Source of the DNA: an uncultured virus (IMG/VR IMGVR_UViG_3300031673_000002)
Lineage: Duplodnaviria > Heunggongvirae > Uroviricota > Caudoviricetes
DNA: 23,392 nucleotides
Virus record (IMG/VR): IMGVR_UViG_3300031673_000002
Reading direction: 5' to 3' (one strand)
The position numbers and the translations under genes were made by a program. Positions 1-8,420 of this stretch are shown one piece after another. Every line of letters begins with the position of its first letter. Position 1 is the stretch's first letter. The notes beneath the pieces were generated by a model that was given only the letters and a program-made list of their open reading frames with translations, was not told the origin of the DNA and did no database searches.

Positions 1-1
1 A

Positions 2-331
2 GGGACGACACTGGATTCCCTGAACAACTCCCCCGGTAAGGCCATCGACATGCTCGCGTCCGACAAGACCTTGCAGGATAAGTTCCGGGCCAACGGGCGC
101 GGCCTTGACCCGAAGATGATTACTGCTATCAATGATAGGTTCGGCAAGGACAAGAAGGCGGAAGCAGCCGCTCTCATCTCCTCTCTCCAGCCGAGCGGCG
201 TCGGTACCCTGGGCCGCATGAAGCCCGACGGGTCGCAAGACCTGAATGTCAAGATGAAGAACTCCGCTGACAGAACGCAAGAGGCCAACAGCATTCTGAA
301 CGAGCAATCCGCTGCCACAGCGACCAAGTAA
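2..331 (+). CDS. hypothetical protein, 5'-truncated by window edge
   Basis: Frame of ORF 50..331 is open back to position 2; GC3-rich codons; stop TAA 329-331; no recognisable motif. Confidence 0.6.
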   Translation, partial: GTTLDSLNNSPGKAIDMLASDKTLQDKFRANGRGLDPKMITAINDRFGKDKKAEAAALISSLQPSGVGTLGRMKPDGSQDLNVKMKNSADRTQEANSILNEQSAATATK

Positions 332-374
332 CGACGAGTGACACCCGCTACTTTCTGCTATAGATTGGCTCAGC

Positions 375-650
375 ATGACCGTACGAGCGAAGTCCGAACT
401 CAGTAAGGCGTTGTCGTCGGGGAACGTGAAATCCCTTATGGCTAAGTCAAATGTAGTTGGAGAGCTTCAGGTTCAAGTCATCAACCATGACGGAAAGATG
501 GACACCATGTTCATCCCCTCATCAGCGGGAGGGCACGTCCGGTGGGTCAACCTGTTCAGCTTCGCCCCCGCAAGTGAATGGAAGAAGTCGCGCTCGCTCA
601 TGGCAGCCGTTCGTGCCGGGCATCTGACCGTGAAACTTCAGAAGGACTAG
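375..650 (+). CDS. hypothetical protein (91 aa)
   Basis: ORF track; fills gap between neighbours; GTGACA-N17-TAGATT promoter-like sequence just upstream (338-366). Confidence 0.6.
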   Translation: MTVRAKSELSKALSSGNVKSLMAKSNVVGELQVQVINHDGKMDTMFIPSSAGGHVRWVNLFSFAPASEWKKSRSLMAAVRAGHLTVKLQKD

Positions 651-734
651 CTTATAGCCAGGCATCTGACCGTTAAACTCAGAAAGACTAGCTTATAGCC
701 AGGCATCTGACCGTTAAACTTCAGAAGGACTAGC
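619..734. repeat. tandem repeat, about 2.8 copies of a 41-42 bp unit
   Basis: GGCATCTGACCGT(G/T)AAACT(T)CAGAA(G/A)GACTAGCTTATAGCCA at 619-660, 661-701 and partial 702-734. Confidence 0.9.
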
Positions 735-759
735 CAATCTGGCTTTGAAAGGAACTGCC

Positions 760-1203
760 ATGAGAATCAAGGTTTGCAATCTCACCTCCGGTCTGCTGGT
801 CCTCCCGCCTCCGTTGAGCATCAGCCTCACGTCGGGTGAGAACCGTCTTTTGACATGCAATGACAGGGATTACCTGGACCTCCAGCGTTCTCCGGTGTTC
901 GCACGTCTGAAGCGGCAGAACCACATCGCCATCATGGAAGTCGAGGCGGCTCCGAAGCCTGTCGCTGCTGCTCCTGAGCCCGCTCCTGAGCCCGCCGCCC
1001 CTGCGCCCAAGGAAGCTACCCCAGAAGCTCCTGCGGCGACTGAGGAGCCTGTGAGCCCCGCTGAGCCAGAGACGAGCGAGGAGCCCACAAAGCCCGCGCC
1101 GAAGAAGACACCCAAGAAGAAGTCAAAGAAGAAGGCGGCAAAAAAGAAGTCGACCGCCGCTCCTTCCCCTTGGGGATACAAGACGAACGACGAACCTGAA
1201 TGA
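760..1203 (+). CDS. hypothetical protein with Pro/Ala/Glu linker and Lys-rich tail (147 aa)
   Basis: AAAGGA SD before ATG 760; low-complexity APEPAPEP and KKTPKKKSKKKAAKKK; ATGA overlap with next gene. Confidence 0.75.
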   Translation: MRIKVCNLTSGLLVLPPPLSISLTSGENRLLTCNDRDYLDLQRSPVFARLKRQNHIAIMEVEAAPKPVAAAPEPAPEPAAPAPKEATPEAPAATEEPVSPAEPETSEEPTKPAPKKTPKKKSKKKAAKKKSTAAPSPWGYKTNDEPE

Positions 1204-1673
1204 AGGACGACGTCCGGAAAAACCGGGCGGTCGCACTCAAGGTCAAGTGTTTCGTATGCCTAACGGAAGAACCACTTCCGACGGCAGAGGACCATCATCG
1301 GACGCCCCGTGCCTTTGGTGGTACTGACGACGAGAGTAACCGCGTCTGGCTCTGCGCGTCCTGTCACGCCCGGCTCCATCGCGTTCAAGGGTTTCTCTTG
1401 AAGGGGGAGGCCGCGTCTGCCTATGACCTATGTCAGTCCATCTTCCCCACAGATGGTCGAGCACGAGGACAGCTATGGACACTCGCAAACGAAGCAGCCG
1501 ACGCCGAGAGGGAAGTGAAAGAGTCCTTCGGGAGCCACAGAACACACCAGAAAGTCACACTTACAATAGATGCAGACACTTGGTCTGTGATCAAGGCCCA
1601 GGCGAAGGACAGGAAAATGTCCGCCAGTCAGTATGCTGCTTCGCTTCTTCGGCGTGCAGCATCGGGGGAGTGA
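1200..1673 (+). CDS. HNH endonuclease-like protein with C-terminal ribbon-helix-helix-like domain
   Basis: CxxC...EDHH-x-P-x3-GG-TD-x3-N-x3-LCxxCH-x3-H HNH signature; C-terminus KVTLTIDADTWSVIKAQAKDRKMSASQY resembles RHH. Confidence 0.8.
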   Translation: MKDDVRKNRAVALKVKCFVCLTEEPLPTAEDHHRTPRAFGGTDDESNRVWLCASCHARLHRVQGFLLKGEAASAYDLCQSIFPTDGRARGQLWTLANEAADAEREVKESFGSHRTHQKVTLTIDADTWSVIKAQAKDRKMSASQYAASLLRRAASGE

Positions 1674-2053
1674 TGTCGAAAGAGCCTGACATGGTTGCAA
1701 AAGCCCTACGATTGCTCATCGAGGCGCTAACCTACCCAGAAGACATCGACAACCGTGTAGACATGGTCAGCGGAGCCCTCACCTACGCGGGGCTGGCACT
1801 CGGCGAAGAGATCGACGTCTCCGATGACGCTCTCATCGAGGTGTTCGAGTCGCTCGCCGTCCAGACCCTCGTGGCGAAGATGGATCTCGAAGGTCTCACC
1901 GTCTACAAACTCTCGATCCAAGACCCCGATAACGAGGGTGTGGAGGTCGCGTCCATCGTGACGACAACCAACCCACTACTAGGGTCGATCATCTCACAAC
2001 AGATCGACATCTTCCTTGAGGACCGCAAGAGGGACAGCTTCGAGATCAACTGA
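1673..2053 (+). CDS. hypothetical acidic protein (126 aa)
   Basis: GGGGAG SD and TGATG stop/start coupling at 1671-1675; 3' part of ORF 1430..2053. Confidence 0.7.
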   Translation: MSKEPDMVAKALRLLIEALTYPEDIDNRVDMVSGALTYAGLALGEEIDVSDDALIEVFESLAVQTLVAKMDLEGLTVYKLSIQDPDNEGVEVASIVTTTNPLLGSIISQQIDIFLEDRKRDSFEIN

Positions 2054-2321
2054 TCTCGCGCAGCAGGTTCGCCAGGACGTTGCGGTCAACCGAGAGCACG
2101 CGGAGCCGGATCGTAGACGCCACCTGTCCCTCTACAGGGAGGCAGCGTCCGATGACCTCACAGCGAACCACCATGTCCTCATGGTGCCGTAGCTGAATGG
2201 TTACGAACACAAGGTCCAGGAGCTGGTAGTCGATCCATCCCTGATTCGGGAACGTCTCTCCAAGCATTAGGCCCCGCACCAGGGCGCCCTCATCCTTCTG
2301 GGAGACGGAGAGGCGGTTCAC
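2046..2321 (-). CDS. hypothetical protein (91 aa)
   Basis: ORF track; GGGAGG SD; start overlaps stop of the upstream minus-strand gene. Confidence 0.6.
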   Translation of the reverse strand: MNRLSVSQKDEGALVRGLMLGETFPNQGWIDYQLLDLVFVTIQLRHHEDMVVRCEVIGRCLPVEGQVASTIRLRVLSVDRNVLANLLREIS

Positions 2322-2746
2322 TTACGCGGATCCTCCCGTCCCTGTGCATCGATCGATGGGTACGGGTCTTGGGCTTTCTGCCCGCTGAGAGCAAACGCCT
2401 CGGCAACTTCCATCGCCATCTTGGTCTGGACGCGGTTGCGCTCCCGATGCTCATCCATGTTCCGCGAGACGATCTCCCCAACGTGGTCGCGGTGCTCACG
2501 GTTGAGGACGATAAGATCCTCTCGGTGGCGCTGTTCAAGGAGCTTGATCTCTTCGCGATGGATGCTGTCCTGCGCGGCACTGTCTTTGCGATGGTTGTCA
2601 GCCTGCGCGATCATCTGCTGCCACACACGAACAAGTGCGTAGCAAGAGGCACCGGCAAGGCCGACCTCGCCAGCGAGACGCGCATACTGTGTAATGATCT
2701 CTTCCATATCCCCTGACTCAAGTATGTTGAGTTGGGGCATGGTCAT
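2318..2746 (-). CDS. hypothetical protein, short hydrophobic segment followed by coiled-coil-like region
   Basis: LAGEVGLAGASCYALVRVW then charged heptad-like sequence; part of a compact minus-strand run. Confidence 0.65.
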   Translation of the reverse strand: MTMPQLNILESGDMEEIITQYARLAGEVGLAGASCYALVRVWQQMIAQADNHRKDSAAQDSIHREEIKLLEQRHREDLIVLNREHRDHVGEIVSRNMDEHRERNRVQTKMAMEVAEAFALSGQKAQDPYPSIDAQGREDPRK

Positions 2747-2787
2747 ACCTGGTGCATCCCTAGCACGGGGTATGCACAGTCAGTACA

Positions 2788-3309
2788 CTAGCGCTGGTGG
2801 AAGACGATGAGCTTCCCGCCGATTTCGACGGAGTTGGAACCGATCGTTTGGTCGCGCCCGTACTTCTCGTAGTCGAAATAGTCGCCGAGCTTGTCCCCCA
2901 TGAGACCTTCGTCGATGACGTGCTGCGCGTAGTCCTCTTCGTCGTCATGGGCACCGCCTACCCACTCGACGCCCTGCTCGGCGAGCTTCAACGCACGTTC
3001 GATGTCACCATCAGCCGCAATCACAGCAGCGGAAGCGAGGTCGTCGCCGTGCTCGTCAACCAGTTCTCCGAGCTTGACGAGGTCCGCAACCTCGATGCTA
3101 CGCCCAAGTTCCTTGACGGCTTCTGAGTCAAGGGCGCCATCGTCATCGACGATTTCGAGCTTGACGCGCTTGACGTCATCGCCGAACGCCTGTTCAAGCT
3201 GGTCCAGCACATTGTCGTCGAGAGAAACCTCGACCTCAGAGCCACGGGCACCACCGTGGGCTTTGACAGTCAGAGATGCGGAGCCACTTGCTTTGGTCTT
3301 GCGTGCCAT
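2788..3309 (-). CDS. ardA: ArdA-like antirestriction protein (divergent, C-terminal domains)
   Basis: Very acidic; DDEEDYAQHVIDEGLMGDKLGDYFDYEKYGRD matches the ArdA C-terminal Y-F-D-Y-E-x-Y-G-R-D motif; GAGGA SD before ATG 3309 (alternative start 3321). Confidence 0.75.
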   Translation of the reverse strand: MARKTKASGSASLTVKAHGGARGSEVEVSLDDNVLDQLEQAFGDDVKRVKLEIVDDDGALDSEAVKELGRSIEVADLVKLGELVDEHGDDLASAAVIAADGDIERALKLAEQGVEWVGGAHDDEEDYAQHVIDEGLMGDKLGDYFDYEKYGRDQTIGSNSVEIGGKLIVFHQR

Positions 3310-3317
3310 GCGTGTCC

Positions 3318-3908
3318 TCATACGTGCTTGCTGAAGGCGTAGGTTGAGCCGTTGGCGCTGACGAAGGTTACGTCTTGCTCCAAGTCGCGAGCGAGGCGAG
3401 CGAGGTCAACGTAGCTGAGCACCACTTCCGCACCCAGTTCCGACACGCCACCCATGTCGTCGATACGCTGGTAGGCGTAGTCCTCTTCGTCGTCGTAGAC
3501 TCCATAGCCTTCTTCCAGAAGGTCCATAGCCTCCGCAGGGTCGGAGCTGATAGCCATCGCAGCTTCAACCGCTTCGGGGTCGTGCTCCTCCTGCATGCGG
3601 GCGACGGTGGCGATGTCGTCCATGCTCGGGTGCTCACCGAGGTTCGGGAAGTCGTCGTAGTCGTGGATGGCCCACTCGTCGTCGGGGTTGCCGATGACTT
3701 CGGCGATCTGCTCACCAACGGTATCCGCGTCGGTGTCAGGGGTGATCCACTCCCCGACGAGCTTGCCGTTGTTGTACGCAGCGAGGTTTGCGACGTAGAT
3801 TTTACCTACGTCACCCCGTCCGGCCTTGACCTTCTTGCCACCGCCGTCGAGAGCATCGGCGGCGGTGATGAGCACCTTGGCGATCTGAACGCGGGTCTTC
3901 TTGTCCAT
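3318..3908 (-). CDS. ardA: ArdA antirestriction protein (DNA mimic) with N-terminal extension
   Basis: KIYVANLAAYNNGKLVGEWI and EWAIHDYD are hallmark ArdA motifs; YVDLARLARDL at C-terminus; AGGAG SD. Confidence 0.9.
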   Translation of the reverse strand: MDKKTRVQIAKVLITAADALDGGGKKVKAGRGDVGKIYVANLAAYNNGKLVGEWITPDTDADTVGEQIAEVIGNPDDEWAIHDYDDFPNLGEHPSMDDIATVARMQEEHDPEAVEAAMAISSDPAEAMDLLEEGYGVYDDEEDYAYQRIDDMGGVSELGAEVVLSYVDLARLARDLEQDVTFVSANGSTYAFSKHV

Positions 3909-3949
3909 GAGGTTGGTCACTCCTGGGGATAGGATGCGAAGACCTTGTA

Positions 3950-4255
3950 CTAGACGCCGAAGATCCTCTCCGCTTCCTCAAGCTGTGACAGCCGACCCCT
4001 GACCGACGATGTAGCTTCATCTTCATCATCTTCGGCAGTGAACAGCTTGACGATCTCCGCCAGCCGTTCCAGCGAGGGCAGCGACCTGTTTTGTTCCCAT
4101 CCCCACACCGCCTGACGCTGGACGCCGAGTATGTCTGCAAGTGCCCGGAGGCTCAAGTTGCGGGAGCACCTTTCACGGTTGATGTACTCGCCGATCTCGT
4201 CGGCAGGAGGGAGGGGGATATGGGTTCCGTCCTCATCGACAGCAATGAATCTCAT
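3950..4255 (-). CDS. XRE-family helix-turn-helix regulator
   Basis: IGEYINRER-x3-NLSLRALADILGVQRQAVWGWEQNRSLPSLERL HTH_3 pattern; ATGA overlap with helicase stop. Confidence 0.85.
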   Translation of the reverse strand: MRFIAVDEDGTHIPLPPADEIGEYINRERCSRNLSLRALADILGVQRQAVWGWEQNRSLPSLERLAEIVKLFTAEDDEDEATSSVRGRLSQLEEAERIFGV

Positions 4256-7008
4256 TCGCCCATCCTTTCTCTGTAGCGCTTACTTTGTCTTGCTTCATCT
4301 GCCATGTCGGCAAAGAGCTTTGTGACTGCGTTCGGGGCAGACGCTGCCGCAGCCCGAAGACCTCGGCGTCGCTTTTGAAGGCCACCGTCTTCTGACGCAC
4401 GAGCATCCCCTCTCATGACTTTAGCGGGGTCGCGCCCGTCTGCCACAAGTTCTATGTCCATGCCCTCCTCGATGAGAGCCTTGTGCGTTCCTCGGGCACA
4501 GCCGTACAAAAGCCCGTGTCCCTCATCGACGAAGTACCGGAAGATCGGGTGCTTCTTGCCTTCGTGATGACGACGAATTCTACCCATCATCTGCTGAAGC
4601 AGCGGAGCGTTGTTCATCGGGCACGTTGCGTAGAGCGTGTCGAGAACGGGGATGTCCACACCCAGCTTGAACACCTGGGTCGCGCAGATCACGCGAAGGC
4701 GACCCTCGCCCATCTCGTTGATGATCTTGTTACGCTTCGCCGTAGGCATACCGCCAGTTACGGCAGCAGCGGGCACTCCCAACTCATCCCGGATGTACTC
4801 CGCCTGCTCGACACACCAGTTCACGCGGTCGGAGAGGATCAATAGGTTACGACCATCCTTGATGTCTTGCTCCGCCCAACGCATGATGAGGTCGTTGCGG
4901 TCTGCCTGTCGGCAGAGGAAGTTGAGCATGTGGGGCCACTCGCTCTTGCGCTGGAAGCTAGACCCCTTGTAGTGGATCCCGGTCTGGATCATGTACGCGA
5001 CCACCCCAAGCTGCCGCGCCTTGCCGTGCGCGGTGATGGGGCCAACGATGTCGAATAGCGCTACGTCAAGCATGTCCTTACGCTTGGGGGTAGCGGTGGC
5101 TCCTCCGCGCCGCTTCGCGTGGAAGCCGTTGACGACGGAGGCTGCCTGCGGTGCGGCGAATACGTGGGCCTCGTCACAAAGCAGGTGGCCGAACTCCTTG
5201 CCCACCTCCTTGAGTGCCTTACGTCCGCCGTGAGAGATGAACGACTGCCAGGTCGCTACCGTGACGGGGTACAGGTTCTCAGGCCCCCTGTAGCGCCCTA
5301 CGATCTCGATGCCGAGCTTCTCCTCGACCTCCAGGCAGTTGGTCACGGGGGCGTACTCGGTGTCCTCTTCGTCCGCGTTCAGGGGGGACCCGTAGCGGAA
5401 CCGCGTGAGGAACTGCTCCGCCAAGGCGTCTGTGTGGACCAGCACGATGGTGCGTTGCTTGAGCGCCATGATGAGGTCTATCATCACGAAGGTGTTGTGC
5501 GTGACTACGTAGTCCTTGGTGACGTACAGATTATCTGGCGCGTCCACCGAGATGCAGACGCACTCAGCCGTGCCTACGTCCTCAACCTCCACCACCCTGC
5601 GGCATGGCAGGGTGCGCGGTCGACGCTCGTACACGGCGCGCTTCCTTGTCAACGTGAAGGGTGTGAAAGGAAGTTTCACGGTTACGTTGTAAGCGACTTG
5701 CCCAGTACGTCGCTCTCCCTTGTAGACGTAAGAGGTCTTCTTCTGTGACAGGCGGGCGGTACCTCCGAGCGAGCGGACAAGATGGACCGTGTCGAGCGCT
5801 AGCCGCTCACTCACCGTCGTCAGTTGCGACCCGCGAGTCCACCCGTCTGTGTCCATGATCCCGCACAACAACGCTCTCCGCTGCTCGACGCTAGAAGCCA
5901 TGTAGAGGATGGGGATGAATTTTGAGTTCGATAGACATCCCCAAAGACCAAGGTCTTTGAGTGCTTCCTTTACGGAAGACTTCCTCTCGTCGAAGCTGCC
6001 GGTCTCCCTTGAGATTCGATAGGAGGGAGCCCGGTCGCCCTTTATGGGGCTACAACGGAATCCCTCGGGGAGGCCGGCACTTACTGCTTGGACGATCTCC
6101 TCGTCTACAGTCGTAAACGTCGGAGAAGCTAGGTACTCCGCGAGGCATCCGTCCCCGAGTAGAACTCCAAGAACATACGGGTCCAGCGGAAGGTCTGCCT
6201 CTTCTCCCTGAACCTCGACCAAGGGGACACGCCATCGTGCTTGACCGCAGGGTTCCCGAAGGGTGTCCTGTACCTGCTGGGTCGTAAGCACACGTTGGGG
6301 CCTTCCTCGTCGCTTATCCCAGTCATTCGTTACCGACCATAAGTGATCGGCGTCTGCCCGCACGCTGGCTCCGTCTGAGAAGCGCACCAAGCGGACGGGT
6401 CTTTCACCCTGTGGGAACACGCCCGTGACTCTGCAAGGTTTCCCATTCGATCCAATAACCGAGTCGCCGACCTTGAGGGAGCCGATGGCGTGCCAGCCGC
6501 TAGGCGTCAGGACGACCTCATCAAGAGGCTGTGCCTTGCCGAACGCTGGAGCCGCCTTGAGGATCCCGTGTCCGGCCTTGAACCACTGCGCGATGGCATC
6601 GTTCTGGTAGTCCCTGGGCGTCATCAGGAGCTTCAGGGCGTTCGCGACCTTGGGATCCCAGGGAACGTCCACACGACGGTCCACAAGGGTCAGACCGAGC
6701 CTTTTGACCAGGGCTCTGGTTTTCTTCAAGTCGCCCAGGCAGAGCGCCCACCACTTGTCCCCGACCTCAGTCCAGTTCTTGATCACCATGTGATCCTGGG
6801 TTGTGAGGTCCTTCAACATGTCGTCGGTGTCGAGCCCGCCACCAAGCTGCTCACGCATTGCAGCGATCTGCTGCTGCATGATGCGACCCTCGGGCGTACG
6901 CAGTAGCTCGATGCTGTACTCCCATTCCGGAGCGAACTCCGAAGGGGTGCCAGCGACATGTCGCTTAGGGATCCACAGATAGTTGGATAGGATGGCTTTG
7001 CCTGTCAC
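4252..7008 (-). CDS. superfamily 2 (DEAH, UvsW/XPB/ResIII-like) helicase, intein-containing
   Basis: Q motif PRDYQ, Walker A APAFGK|T split by intein, motif II LLCDEAH, III ATATP, V GVDIP, VI QMMGRIRR; extein about 571 aa. Confidence 0.92.
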   Translation of the reverse strand: MTGKAILSNYLWIPKRHVAGTPSEFAPEWEYSIELLRTPEGRIMQQQIAAMREQLGGGLDTDDMLKDLTTQDHMVIKNWTEVGDKWWALCLGDLKKTRALVKRLGLTLVDRRVDVPWDPKVANALKLLMTPRDYQNDAIAQWFKAGHGILKAAPAFGKAQPLDEVVLTPSGWHAIGSLKVGDSVIGSNGKPCRVTGVFPQGERPVRLVRFSDGASVRADADHLWSVTNDWDKRRGRPQRVLTTQQVQDTLREPCGQARWRVPLVEVQGEEADLPLDPYVLGVLLGDGCLAEYLASPTFTTVDEEIVQAVSAGLPEGFRCSPIKGDRAPSYRISRETGSFDERKSSVKEALKDLGLWGCLSNSKFIPILYMASSVEQRRALLCGIMDTDGWTRGSQLTTVSERLALDTVHLVRSLGGTARLSQKKTSYVYKGERRTGQVAYNVTVKLPFTPFTLTRKRAVYERRPRTLPCRRVVEVEDVGTAECVCISVDAPDNLYVTKDYVVTHNTFVMIDLIMALKQRTIVLVHTDALAEQFLTRFRYGSPLNADEEDTEYAPVTNCLEVEEKLGIEIVGRYRGPENLYPVTVATWQSFISHGGRKALKEVGKEFGHLLCDEAHVFAAPQAASVVNGFHAKRRGGATATPKRKDMLDVALFDIVGPITAHGKARQLGVVAYMIQTGIHYKGSSFQRKSEWPHMLNFLCRQADRNDLIMRWAEQDIKDGRNLLILSDRVNWCVEQAEYIRDELGVPAAAVTGGMPTAKRNKIINEMGEGRLRVICATQVFKLGVDIPVLDTLYATCPMNNAPLLQQMMGRIRRHHEGKKHPIFRYFVDEGHGLLYGCARGTHKALIEEGMDIELVADGRDPAKVMRGDARASEDGGLQKRRRGLRAAAASAPNAVTKLFADMADEARQSKRYRERMGE
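5494..6534 (-). mobile_element. class 3 intein with LAGLIDADG homing endonuclease (347 aa)
   Basis: Starts AQPLD (Ala1), block B DHLW, LAGLIDADG motifs LGVLLGDG and LCGIMDTDG, block F CVCISVD, ends VVTHN before Thr+1. Confidence 0.9.
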
Positions 7009-7014
7009 CCCGCT

Positions 7015-7043
7015 AGGTTGGCGTCTTAGGTGTCGTTAGTCAA
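7015..7043 (-). promoter_or_regulatory. putative sigma70-like promoter of helicase operon
   Basis: TTGACT-N17-CAACCT; predicted start site falls near the GTG at 7008, implying a leaderless mRNA. Confidence 0.4.
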
Positions 7044-7143
7044 GCCACAGTTCACAAGTCTGTCGTAAGCCTACGTCAACAAAGGGGAAAACAGCACATA
7101 GTCGATCCTACTCCGAAAGCGCGGAGCGGACACACCCTTGAGC

Positions 7144-7467
7144 ATGAAGCGTTGCAACCACCCACTGTGCAAGCTCATCGCTGAGGCTGCGGATAAGACC
7201 TGCTGGCTAGAAGCAGAAGACGTACCTGATCCGGTGCGGCTCCTCCAGGCCATCATGGACGACCCTTGTGCCCCTGTGCTGTCCGAGAGCATCCTCATGG
7301 AAGTGCGCCGCTTCCTAAACCGCTTCGAGCCTCCGAGGGGAGGCATCAGCGGGGAGGGCCGCCCCGTCGAGGACTACGTAGACCCGGACCAAGAGGTCAC
7401 CGATGTCCTAGACGTGGCTGAGATGATTGCAGCGTGGGCTAAATCCGCTGAGGGAGATCCCGTCTAG
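7144..7467 (+). CDS. hypothetical protein (107 aa)
   Basis: ORF track 7138..7467, ATG at 7144; GC3-rich; converges on stop of 7471 gene. Confidence 0.55.
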   Translation: MKRCNHPLCKLIAEAADKTCWLEAEDVPDPVRLLQAIMDDPCAPVLSESILMEVRRFLNRFEPPRGGISGEGRPVEDYVDPDQEVTDVLDVAEMIAAWAKSAEGDPV

Positions 7468-7470
7468 GGA

Positions 7471-7704
7471 TCACCCCAGCACAAGACGAACGATCGTGGT
7501 GACCGTCCAGGCCACCGTGACGAGCGCCAGGGCGTTGACGACCACCTCAGCAGCGATGCCATTCATGTGTGGCACACTGTTGACAGTCACATCCTTATCG
7601 TCAACGTTGACCTCGAAATTGAGGCTTGACACGACCTCGACGGTCCCATCACCGTAGATGATGCACACGCGCCCGTCCTCCAAAAGTTCAAAGCTCAGTC
7701 TCAT
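7471..7704 (-). CDS. small protein with C-terminal transmembrane segment (77 aa)
   Basis: GGAGGT SD before ATG 7704; C-terminus IAAEVVVNALALVTVAWTVTTIVRLVLG is hydrophobic. Confidence 0.65.
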   Translation of the reverse strand: MRLSFELLEDGRVCIIYGDGTVEVVSSLNFEVNVDDKDVTVNSVPHMNGIAAEVVVNALALVTVAWTVTTIVRLVLG

Positions 7705-7750
7705 GACTACCTCCACTGTAGAGTGGTGTGGACCATGAGACTGAGCTTTG
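7689..7750. promoter_or_regulatory. 17-bp perfect inverted repeat enclosing SD and start codon of the 7471-7704 gene
   Basis: CAAAGCTCAGTCTCATG (7689-7705) / CATGAGACTGAGCTTTG (7734-7750), inner CCACT/AGTGG stem. Confidence 0.7.
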
Positions 7751-7755
7751 GATTG

Positions 7756-7831
7756 TGGTCGCAACGGGCGGGCTCGAACCGCCGACCCAACCCTTATGAG
7801 GGGTTTGCTCTACCTACTGAGCTACGCTGCG
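7756..7831 (-). tRNA. tRNA-Met(CAU), non-initiator (Met or Ile2 unresolved)
   Basis: Cloverleaf, loop CT-CAT-AA, C1-G72 paired, A73, CCA. Confidence 0.9.
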
Positions 7832-7896
7832 TAAGTCCTAACCGGCCCCGCCTGACCACGGGGTGGATACCCCATGCGCGTGAAGCCGGCTTCGGT

Positions 7897-7971
7897 TGGT
7901 GCTTCGGGCCGGACTCGAACCGGCGTCCCTGAATTTTCAGCCCAGTGCTAAACCACCTCAGCTACCGAAGC
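7897..7971 (-). tRNA. trnF: tRNA-Phe(GAA)
   Basis: Cloverleaf, loop CT-GAA-AA, CCA. Confidence 0.92.
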
Positions 7972-8015
7972 AAAACCCGAGTCTAGGCTCCGTCAGAGGA
8001 GCTTCGGTCGGGGGA

Positions 8016-8092
8016 TGGAGGCGACGATCGGGGTTGAACCGATGACCTACGGTTTTGCAGACCGGCGCTCTACCGCGCTGAGCTACGTCGCC
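8016..8092 (-). tRNA. trnC: tRNA-Cys(GCA)
   Basis: Loop CT-GCA-AA, U73, CCA. Confidence 0.92.
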
Positions 8093-8101
8093 AGAAACAT
8101 G

Positions 8102-8197
8102 ACACGAGCAAGTAATTGGTGCCGGGGGTAAAGAGCGGTAACCCGGTTGTGTGCGGTGTGGAAATTTGGGCTCTCTGCACCACCTTTCGGCTCGTGT
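8102..8197 (-). ncRNA. Y RNA-like, no tRNA module, with extra internal hairpin
   Basis: Terminal stem ACACGAGC-C-GA / CUUGCUCGUGU with bulged C (Ro60 site); internal CCGGGUUACC motif. Confidence 0.7.
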
Positions 8198-8200
8198 TGT

Positions 8201-8276
8201 TGGCAGGGGCAGTCGGGATCGAACCGACGACATCCAGAATCAGAATCTGGCGCTCTTCCATCTGAGCTATACCCCA
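8201..8276 (-). tRNA. trnQ: tRNA-Gln(CUG)
   Basis: Loop TT-CTG-AT, G73, U1:U72 mismatch, CCA. Confidence 0.9.
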
Positions 8277-8300
8277 TCAAAAGTTGAAGCAAAGAGCGAT

Positions 8301-8377
8301 TGGGGTGACCGACGAGAATTGAACTCGCGTACCCAGAGTCACAGTCTAGTGCCTAAAACCACTCGGCCACAGCCACC
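8301..8377 (-). tRNA. trnH: tRNA-His(GUG)
   Basis: Loop CT-GTG-AC, encoded G-1:C73, CCA. Confidence 0.93.
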
Positions 8378-8420
8378 ATACAGCTCTCTACTTCTCGTCG
8401 TTACTTTCTTCCGTACAGGA

